NCBI GenBank assembly: GCA_947168935.1
Contig: CAMVNV010000002.1
Coordinates: 683 to 64,682 of the forward strand
Source: an uncultured Butyrivibrio sp.
GTDB lineage: Bacteria; Bacillota; Clostridia; Lachnospirales; Lachnospiraceae
DNA: 64,000 bases
Direction: 5' to 3'
Shown: piece after piece, positions 56,911 through 64,000 of the stretch
Layout of the letters: every line of letters begins with the position of its first letter
How positions within the stretch are numbered: the first letter of the stretch is position 1
Made by a program: the position numbers and the translations under genes
The notes under the pieces: generated by a model
What the model was told of the DNA's origin: nothing
What the model saw: the letters and a program-made list of their open reading frames with translations, nothing else
Database searches by the model: none

Positions 56911-58527
56911 ATGAATAATTCAATCTATGGAAAAAGGTATCGCCTTATTTCACCATTCCTTATTGCAATGCTTTTAACAGGATGCAGCTCCAGTCAGCTG
57001 TCTTTAGGTAATAAGGAGTCAGATGATTCTGAAGAAGAGATCAGTGAAAATGTAAAAGATGCAGATGATGAAGCTGCAAAAGATGTAAGCACTGATGATG
57101 ACAGTGCTAAAGACAGTAGTTCTGAGGAAAAAAGTAGTGACGAAGAGCTACTTGTAGACTCTGTTACCTGGGACGATTCATATGCGCCTGCAGGAAGTAG
57201 CGACGATTATAACAAAGTCTTTTTTAACATGAGTGATGGAAGCGTTCAGACCTTCGAAATCAGTTCTTACGATATGGTTGAAGACCTGGAGATGGTCGAT
57301 CTTAATAATGATGGTACAGATGATTATATAATCAATGCATATTTTGCTAATACAGCAACAGAGTACAACATTATTTATGCATACACTTTTGAAGATGGGG
57401 AAGTAAGCCAGCTTTTCCCTGTATCAGGAATAGAAGGCGTTGATGATAATGTAACATATGATTGCCAGATTAAAGAGATAACTATAGATTACTCTAATGA
57501 TGAGGTTGTAAATGGTCTTGAGCTTACATCCTATGGCAAGGTTAACGCAATGGCCTATACCGAGACTGAAAGAGAGATTTATTGTCAGGATGGAGAATGG
57601 AACCTTTTCTACAGCTTTGACAATACTTATGGTGCTTACAGTGTCGTTACTGCTCCCAGAGATTGGGGATGGGATGATATAGACGAGGAGTCTAAAAAGC
57701 TGTACGAAGACTTTTTTGACGGATCAGAGAAAGCTGAATTCGACCAGAGCGGAGATCGTGGAGAATATGTCGTTCTTTCTGACGTTCTGACAGATGGTAA
57801 AAGTTATACTCTTGATGAGATCAAAGAGCTTTTGACTGCAGAAGATCAGTATGGAGACGGATGGGAAGTTAATAATACTTATAGATCTACTATTGACTGC
57901 GGCCTGGACGGCGACATTGAAATGCTCGTGAATCTTGATTTTGACAGCGAATTTAGCCTCGATATGGTGATAAAAAATGTCGATGGAAGCCTTGTGATAT
58001 GCTTTGCAGCTGATAGCTGGAGCAGATCGGAGACAAGCATACGCTACAATGGAGAGGTATCTTCATACGGATCTGGCGGTGCAGCTTCACATGGCGGAGA
58101 GAGTGGTTTTATCAATGCCGAAGGTAAATATGTTCTCTGGTACTATGAGTGGGAAGAAGGTCTTGAAGCAGGTTCTGACGGAACAGTAAGCATGAACTAT
58201 TATAAGGAAGATGGTTCTTATGAGACTGTTACAGTAGAGATTCCTGAGAATACATATCTGTATCAGGAGAGAATAGCTTTTAGCGACGCAGATTCTGATG
58301 AATACTACTATTTCTATCTCCTTGACGAAGATTATAACGAAATACCTGAAGATACTTCTGATCCTGACAACCCATATGAGTTGATCAGAAAGGCTCATGA
58401 AGAGGCTGGTATCAAAGTCATTACTCCTGATGAAAGTGATGAGCTTATAGAAGAGCGCAGACTCGAGATTGGACTTACTGATGATATCTATGACTTCGGG
58501 ACAGAATACCTGCCGGAAGATGAGTAA
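56911..58527 (+). CDS. Highly acidic lipoprotein of unknown function
   Basis: Lipobox LTGC, D/E/S-rich linker, DLNNDGTDD and DCGLDGDIE motifs. Confidence 0.8.
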   Translation: MNNSIYGKRYRLISPFLIAMLLTGCSSSQLSLGNKESDDSEEEISENVKDADDEAAKDVSTDDDSAKDSSSEEKSSDEELLVDSVTWDDSYAPAGSSDDYNKVFFNMSDGSVQTFEISSYDMVEDLEMVDLNNDGTDDYIINAYFANTATEYNIIYAYTFEDGEVSQLFPVSGIEGVDDNVTYDCQIKEITIDYSNDEVVNGLELTSYGKVNAMAYTETEREIYCQDGEWNLFYSFDNTYGAYSVVTAPRDWGWDDIDEESKKLYEDFFDGSEKAEFDQSGDRGEYVVLSDVLTDGKSYTLDEIKELLTAEDQYGDGWEVNNTYRSTIDCGLDGDIEMLVNLDFDSEFSLDMVIKNVDGSLVICFAADSWSRSETSIRYNGEVSSYGSGGAASHGGESGFINAEGKYVLWYYEWEEGLEAGSDGTVSMNYYKEDGSYETVTVEIPENTYLYQERIAFSDADSDEYYYFYLLDEDYNEIPEDTSDPDNPYELIRKAHEEAGIKVITPDESDELIEERRLEIGLTDDIYDFGTEYLPEDE

Positions 58528-58575
58528 CTGTTTTATAAGTATAAGGAAAGTCAGATGATGAATAATCCTGACTTA

Positions 58576-59451
58576 TCATACATGGAACAACATACGCTTG
58601 GCGAATGCATTTCTGTATTCGCTGGGTGTAAGTCCTGTATACTTTTTGTATGCTCTGGCAAAATTATGAACATCTGAAAATCCCAGATCGCTTGCTATCT
58701 GAGACACGGTCTTATCATTATCAGCAAGCATGAAATTTGCAGCATCCATCTTCTGACTTATGATGAACTGCTTAAGCGGGATTTTTCTTATTTCTACAAA
58801 AAGATGTGACAGATACTTGGGGTTATATCCAAAGGCATCTGCAATCTCTGATATCTTTATGTTCTTTGATATATTGGTCTGTATATAGTCTATGATATCA
58901 AGGTAGATCTGCTTTCTGGCAGCAGGATCACTTGTGGCAGGAGCCCCTGTCACAATCTCCCCATATAATTCCATCATAATACTGGTTACCATAGCATTAA
59001 GTGAAACAGTTGGATAATTGTTTTTGACCATATCCTGAAGCTGTTTCATCATTACAAGGATCCTCTCAGGTGAAGCTATAGCCCCGCTTTGAGGGATAAA
59101 TCCATATTTAGATGTGTCAATTTCTTTGATCTTTGGATTACCCTGACTTATCTCATATGGCACTTTACTGCTATGATCAGTTACAAAATGCATCCAGTAA
59201 AAAGAGCAGTAGGCTTTCTTAAAACCTTCTCTGAACCCATTATCTGACGGTGGCAAAAGAAGATATTCCCCTTTTTTTACAGTATAGTTGTGACCATTGT
59301 ATCTAAGGTATAGTTCACCTTCCGTCATGATAATGAGTTCATAATCTTTGAGGGAGGTCTTATTGTGTTGCCATTCAGATGAGAGGGCTTTGAATTTGCC
59401 TGTGTAGTGGTATGAATACATTGAATATAGCGCAAGGGGAATAAGTTTCAT
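58576..59451 (-). CDS. AraC-family transcriptional regulator
   Basis: N-terminal cupin (YELIIM..GEL, FYWMHF); HTH YLSHLF...IA..LGFSD...F.R.YKK.TG.TPSEYR. Confidence 0.95.
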   Translation of the reverse strand: MKLIPLALYSMYSYHYTGKFKALSSEWQHNKTSLKDYELIIMTEGELYLRYNGHNYTVKKGEYLLLPPSDNGFREGFKKAYCSFYWMHFVTDHSSKVPYEISQGNPKIKEIDTSKYGFIPQSGAIASPERILVMMKQLQDMVKNNYPTVSLNAMVTSIMMELYGEIVTGAPATSDPAARKQIYLDIIDYIQTNISKNIKISEIADAFGYNPKYLSHLFVEIRKIPLKQFIISQKMDAANFMLADNDKTVSQIASDLGFSDVHNFARAYKKYTGLTPSEYRNAFAKRMLFHV

Positions 59452-59596
59452 ACGAGGACTCCTTTTGAAGGCTTAGACTTCAAAGTGTTTTTTATATGTT
59501 TATACAATTAGTAATACGCTTGATGGAAAAAGAACACATATGTTTGAAGTATGGTTAATAAATAGCATAAATACTGGCTTTCTCAATAATTGATCA

Positions 59597-59823
59597 AAAA
59601 TACACCAAATCTAACAAAATGACACCAATTTATAGCCTTATATTATATTGAGAGAATAATATATTGCTATGTAACTAAGCGGATAGCAGTTGTGAAAACA
59701 CTTAAAAATCTGCATTTTCACGTAGAATATACATCGATGATCATATTCCATATACTAATCTATTTCACTTTAAATATATTCTTTAGGTGTCATTTTGTAA
59801 ATAGAGAAAAAATGACACCTAAA
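59597..59823. promoter_or_regulatory. Repeated AAAATGACACC boxes, candidate AraC operators
   Basis: Direct pair with ACACC at 59602 and 59622; inverted pair TTTAGGTGTCATTTT-N12-AAAATGACACCTAAA (59782-59823). Confidence 0.6.
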
Positions 59824-59987
59824 ATAGCAAAGTGCTATTTTTAGAGCCTTCCGTATATGCTATGTTCATAGAAGAGAAAAAAATTATAGACTTTTTATGC
59901 CAGTACTATCTGGGGAACTATTTTTCCAAAAGAATAGGCAATAAAAACAGATATTATTACAGAAATAAGACATAAGGATACAACTAA

Positions 59988-62396
59988 ATGGAGGGTAACA
60001 TGTCAAATAATACTATAAAAATAAAAAGTATAGGATTAGAAAATGTAAGAGTTTCAGATTCATACATGACCAATGCATTTAATAAAGATCTGGATTATCT
60101 TTTATCAATAGATGATGACAGAATGCTTGCAGGCTTCAGAGATACTGCTGGCCTTGATATGAAGGGCGTAGAAAGGTATGAAGGCTGGGAGAATATGCTT
60201 ATTGGTGGTCATACAATGGGTCATTATCTGACAGCTCTTGCTCAAAGCTACGCTAATCCTCTTTCATCAGAATCTGACAAAAATAAGATTAAAGAAAAGC
60301 TTGATTACATTATATCGTCCCTGTTGGAATGTCAGAACAATTCTAAAGGAAAGAAGGGCTTTATATTTGGAGCAGCGATCCTTGACAGAGATAACGTCGA
60401 GATTCAGTTTGACAACGTCGAAAAGTGCAAGACCAACATTATCACAGAGGCCTGGGTTCCGTGGTATACCATGCACAAGATCCTTGCTGGCATAATTGAC
60501 GTTTATAAATTCACAGGTAGTAGCGATGCCCTCGAACTTGCAAAAGGCCTTGGCGACTGGACCTATGACAGAGCATCTTCCTGGGGAAAAGAGCTTAATG
60601 AAGTAGTCCTGTCTACAGAATACGGCGGAATGAATGATGCTTTATATGAGCTTTATAACTGTAGCGGTGACGATAAGTATGCCATAGCCGCACACTTTTT
60701 TGACCAGGATAAACTCTTTATAAGAATAGCAGAAGGCGCTCCAAACGCCCTCGACGGCCTTCACGCCAATACAACGATTCCCAAGTTCCTTGGCGCTATT
60801 GCAAGATACGTAAATCTTCATGGCAAGACAATTGATGGCGAAGAGGTTGATGCATCTAACTACCTTGAATATGCTAAGGCATTTTTTGACATGGTAGTAA
60901 ATAAGCATACCTATGTAACTGGCGGTAACAGCGAATGGGAGCACTTCGGTCTTGATAACGTTCTTGATGCAGAGCGTACTAATGCCAATAACGAGACCTG
61001 CAACACCTATAACATGCTTAAGCTTGCAAAGACTCTCTTTGAGGTAACAGGTGATGTGAAGTATCTTGATTATTATGAAAAGACCTTCATCAATTCCATT
61101 CTGTCTTCCCAGAATCCTGAAACAGGTATGACTACATATTTTCAGCCAATGTCTACAGGCTATTTTAAAGTTTACGGCGAAAGATACAACAAGTTCTGGT
61201 GCTGCACAGGAACAGGAATGGAGAACTTTACTAAGCTTGGCGACAGCTTCTTTTACGAAGATGCTTCTAATATATATGTAGGAATGTTCATGAGCGCATC
61301 CTTTAATACAAAAGGACTTGACGGCCTTGATGCAACTTACGAATTAGAAGCAGATCTTCTTAAATCAGATGAAGTTAAGATAAGACTTGCTGGTACCTCT
61401 ATAAAAACTAAGAAACTTGCCATAAGGATCCCTTACTGGCTTGATGGCGATATTGAGATCAGTGTTAATGGAAATCAGGTAAAAAGCACAGTTGTGGGCG
61501 GATTTGCTGTTGTAGAAGCTGGTCTTAAAGCATCTGATGAAGTTATTATCAGACTTCCCATGAAAGTATATGCACAGTCACTTCCTGATAATAAGAACTG
61601 CCTTGCCCTTTGCTATGGCCCATTTGTATTATCAGCTGACCTTGGAGATAAGGATCTTAAGACATCAACCACAGGAGTGGATGTAACGATTCCTGCCGAA
61701 AAGATAGTAGAAACAGAATACATAACAATACCCGATGGAATGACCACAGCAGAATTTGCCAGTGCCATATCACAGCATGTAAAGCCTGTTTTAAACGCTG
61801 GTGCAAATATTGCATTCAAAGTGGACGGATCAGATTATGTCTTCGCCCCTCACTTCCTTAAATATAGGCACCGCTACGGAATCTACTTCTATTACATAAC
61901 TTCAAAAGAACAAAAAGAAGATATTGCTTTGAGAAAAAATAATAAAGCAAATATCCTCGACATGATAGAAGCAGGCTATGGTCAATATGAAAACGATGAC
62001 CTTCATAATATGAAAGATAACGGCAGCATAGGAACCACAAGCCCCATTACAAGCAGAAGAGCAACCCCCGGCGGAAGCTTCACCTACCAGATGATTGTTA
62101 ATCCGGGAAGAACTAATACTCTCAGCATTACAGTCCTTACCGAGGATGACGGCAAGAGCCTTAAGATAACAGCAGCTGATGAAGTAGTGCTCGACGAAAA
62201 GCTTGATCACATTAAGTATACGGAAACCTCAGATTTAACAAAGTATACAATTGATATAGAACTTCCACTGGACCTTGTGAGAAAAGCAGGGATAATAAAA
62301 GCATACGGAAAAGAGTACCTTGTAATTCCTGTAATGTTTGAAGGAACGGATACAGAGGAATCTGCAAGAATAACCGACTTTGTGGTTATCAGATGA
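59988..62396 (+). CDS. GH127/GH146 beta-L-arabinofuranosidase-family protein (DUF1680)
   Basis: GH..GHYL, PWYT.HK, EYGGMND, HANT.IPK, ETCNTYNMLKL, FWCC. Confidence 0.9.
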   Translation: MEGNMSNNTIKIKSIGLENVRVSDSYMTNAFNKDLDYLLSIDDDRMLAGFRDTAGLDMKGVERYEGWENMLIGGHTMGHYLTALAQSYANPLSSESDKNKIKEKLDYIISSLLECQNNSKGKKGFIFGAAILDRDNVEIQFDNVEKCKTNIITEAWVPWYTMHKILAGIIDVYKFTGSSDALELAKGLGDWTYDRASSWGKELNEVVLSTEYGGMNDALYELYNCSGDDKYAIAAHFFDQDKLFIRIAEGAPNALDGLHANTTIPKFLGAIARYVNLHGKTIDGEEVDASNYLEYAKAFFDMVVNKHTYVTGGNSEWEHFGLDNVLDAERTNANNETCNTYNMLKLAKTLFEVTGDVKYLDYYEKTFINSILSSQNPETGMTTYFQPMSTGYFKVYGERYNKFWCCTGTGMENFTKLGDSFFYEDASNIYVGMFMSASFNTKGLDGLDATYELEADLLKSDEVKIRLAGTSIKTKKLAIRIPYWLDGDIEISVNGNQVKSTVVGGFAVVEAGLKASDEVIIRLPMKVYAQSLPDNKNCLALCYGPFVLSADLGDKDLKTSTTGVDVTIPAEKIVETEYITIPDGMTTAEFASAISQHVKPVLNAGANIAFKVDGSDYVFAPHFLKYRHRYGIYFYYITSKEQKEDIALRKNNKANILDMIEAGYGQYENDDLHNMKDNGSIGTTSPITSRRATPGGSFTYQMIVNPGRTNTLSITVLTEDDGKSLKITAADEVVLDEKLDHIKYTETSDLTKYTIDIELPLDLVRKAGIIKAYGKEYLVIPVMFEGTDTEESARITDFVVIR

Positions 62397-62486
62397 AGTA
62401 GTGTCCATCGCAATCTGATATTTTACATGCGACGAATATCTGCTATAATGTGATGTGATTTTTTTAACAAGGAGATATTACTTCAA

Positions 62487-63326
62487 ATGGACAATTTATT
62501 TAATTCACCCGCTCAGGTTATTGAAACAAATATTAAAGGTGGCGAGACCAAAGTAAGCCTCCCACTTCCTAAGATGATACTGCTTGGAATCATGGCAGGT
62601 GCATTCATAGCTCTTGGCGGAGCTACAAGCTCAACAGCAGCTCACGCTGTAGATAATGTAGGTCTTTCAAGATTTGTATCAGGTGCCATCTTCCCTGTAG
62701 GCCTCATGCTCATCACTTTTATTGGCGGAGAGCTCTTTACAGGTAACTGCCTCACAGCAATGGGAGCTATGGACCACAGATTTTCATGGGGCAAGGTGGT
62801 TAGAGATCTTTGCATCATCTGGCTTTCAAACCTTGTTGGCGCAGTGATCATCGCTGCACTAACATACTTCTCAGGAAACCTTGACTATTCAGGAGGACTT
62901 CTTGGAGCTTATTCCATCAAAGTTGCTCTTGGCAAATGCGCTATTACACCCGTAAAAGGTATCACATCCGGTATCCTCTGCAACATCTTAGTATGTGCAG
63001 CAATCCTTATGGGAACAGCAGCTAAGGATATAGGTGGTAAGGTTTGGGCAATCTTTTTCCCGATCATGGCGTTTGTTGTTGGCGGCTTCGAACACTGCGT
63101 TGCTAATATGTTCTATATTCCTGTTGGTATCATGGCTGCAGCTAATGACAGTTATGTTGCTAAAGCCCAGGAAGCATATGGCATCACAGCAGATCAGCTT
63201 TCAAAACTCAGCCTTGGTGGATTTATTACTAATCAGATTCCTGTAACTATCGGTAATATCCTTGGAGGAATGCTTTTTGTAGGTCTTCCTTGTTACCTTG
63301 TTCATTGCAGAAATAAGAATAAATAA
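62487..63326 (+). CDS. Formate/nitrite transporter (FNT family)
   Basis: AGAFIALG, FPVGL, GGELFTGN, GILCN.LVC, FEHCVANM, VTIGNILGG. Confidence 0.95.
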   Translation: MDNLFNSPAQVIETNIKGGETKVSLPLPKMILLGIMAGAFIALGGATSSTAAHAVDNVGLSRFVSGAIFPVGLMLITFIGGELFTGNCLTAMGAMDHRFSWGKVVRDLCIIWLSNLVGAVIIAALTYFSGNLDYSGGLLGAYSIKVALGKCAITPVKGITSGILCNILVCAAILMGTAAKDIGGKVWAIFFPIMAFVVGGFEHCVANMFYIPVGIMAAANDSYVAKAQEAYGITADQLSKLSLGGFITNQIPVTIGNILGGMLFVGLPCYLVHCRNKNK

Positions 63327-63355
63327 AAGTAATAAAATCAATTGCTAAATTATTT

Positions 63356-63390
63356 AATCCGTCGCGTAGTATCTTCGCGGCGGATTTTTA
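63356..63390 (+). terminator. Intrinsic terminator
   Basis: AATCCGTCGCG-N9-CGCGGCGGATTTTT. Confidence 0.75.
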
Positions 63391-63630
63391 CTGCCAGGCA
63401 ATATTTCTTTTTAATAATGAATAATAATAACGACGGAGTTTCTTCCTAATATAATATAGTGAAAAATATTAATCCTTATAAAAAATCATCTTAAAAAAAT
63501 TTTTAGGTGTAAATATGATGATTAACTAAAATGTGTTATACTATTTATGATTGAAAATATGATAAAACGATATCTTCCGTGTTTCTTTTATTCGTGTTAA
63601 GAGGGTATTGCAGAGGGGAAGGGCTTGAAT

Positions 63631-64000
63631 ATGGAACAGACCAAAGTGGATGGAAAAGTATTGCAGGTACGGCTTCTTGGAAAATTTTCTCTTGTCTATG
63701 ATGGAAAAGAAGTAACTCCGGGGCGTAATAACGCATCGAAGTTTACTCAGCTTTTGCAGATCGTGTGGCTCCAGGGCGATAAAGGTGTATATAAAGATGA
63801 GCTTATTTCTGCGCTTTATGGTGAAGAAGAGACTTTGAACATCAGTAACAGTTTCAACAATCTTCTTTATCAGATGCGTAAGCAGATGGTTGCGGCCGGT
63901 CTCCCTGCAGAGAGTTATGTTAAGAAGCACAAGAAGATGTTCATCATTGATCCTGCAGTTCCTGTATGGGTTGATGCCCTTGATTTTAAAGATAACTACA
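63631..64000 (+). CDS. SARP/BTAD-type transcriptional regulator, N-terminal part (runs off the window; absent from the ORF track)
   Basis: MEQTKVDGKVLQVRLLGKFSLVYDG...QLLQIVWL...KDELISALY...NLLYQMRK...VWVDALDF. Confidence 0.8.
   Translation, partial: MEQTKVDGKVLQVRLLGKFSLVYDGKEVTPGRNNASKFTQLLQIVWLQGDKGVYKDELISALYGEEETLNISNSFNNLLYQMRKQMVAAGLPAESYVKKHKKMFIIDPAVPVWVDALDFKDNY

Noticed and set aside
838-63246. The many 60-200 aa antisense or alternate-frame ORFs overlapping assigned genes
   Set aside because: They lie wholly within well-supported genes and show no RBS or recognisable motifs.
63541-63930. Minus-strand 129-aa and 63-aa ORFs
   Set aside because: Shadow of the plus-strand SARP/BTAD regulator starting at 63631.

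Overview
This is a low-GC Firmicutes chromosome segment. Gene content and order look like Lachnospiraceae, probably Butyrivibrio-like (inference). Bases 1-7.7 kb hold a partial GGDEF gene and the housekeeping run tsaE, tsaB-rimI fusion, rnz, a membrane protein, tsaD and ispD. Bases ~7.8-47.7 kb form a ~40 kb flagellin and flagellin-glycosylation island. It contains flaG-fliD-fliS, two short flagellins with sigma28 promoters and CsrA-type leader hairpins, a Maf transferase and a legionaminic-acid-type pathway (NeuB, NeuC, CBS-nucleotidyltransferase, LegC, NeuA). It also holds about ten glycosyltransferase-like genes, two LicD proteins, a radical SAM enzyme, a FemAB-like GNAT, a GH3 and an epimerase/polyol-phosphate dehydrogenase pair. 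Bases 47.7-64 kb hold two carbohydrate-use units (LacI-GH31-ABC; AraC-GH127/146), a formate/nitrite transporter and a partial SARP/BTAD regulator. The most unusual signals are non-coding. (1) Three near-ideal CsrA-binding hairpins lie on the minus strand right behind fliS, a candidate CsrB/RsmZ-like sponge RNA in a lineage thought to rely on FliW. (2) A 546-bp insert bracketed by 38-bp direct repeats includes both the maf stop codon and the flagellin -35 box in the repeat. (3) An orphan sigma28 promoter runs straight into a terminator-like hairpin. (4) Three multibranched hairpin elements carry DNA-type GNA triloops. (5) Two genes are broken by single in-frame stops. All family assignments come from motif recognition by eye; no searches were run.
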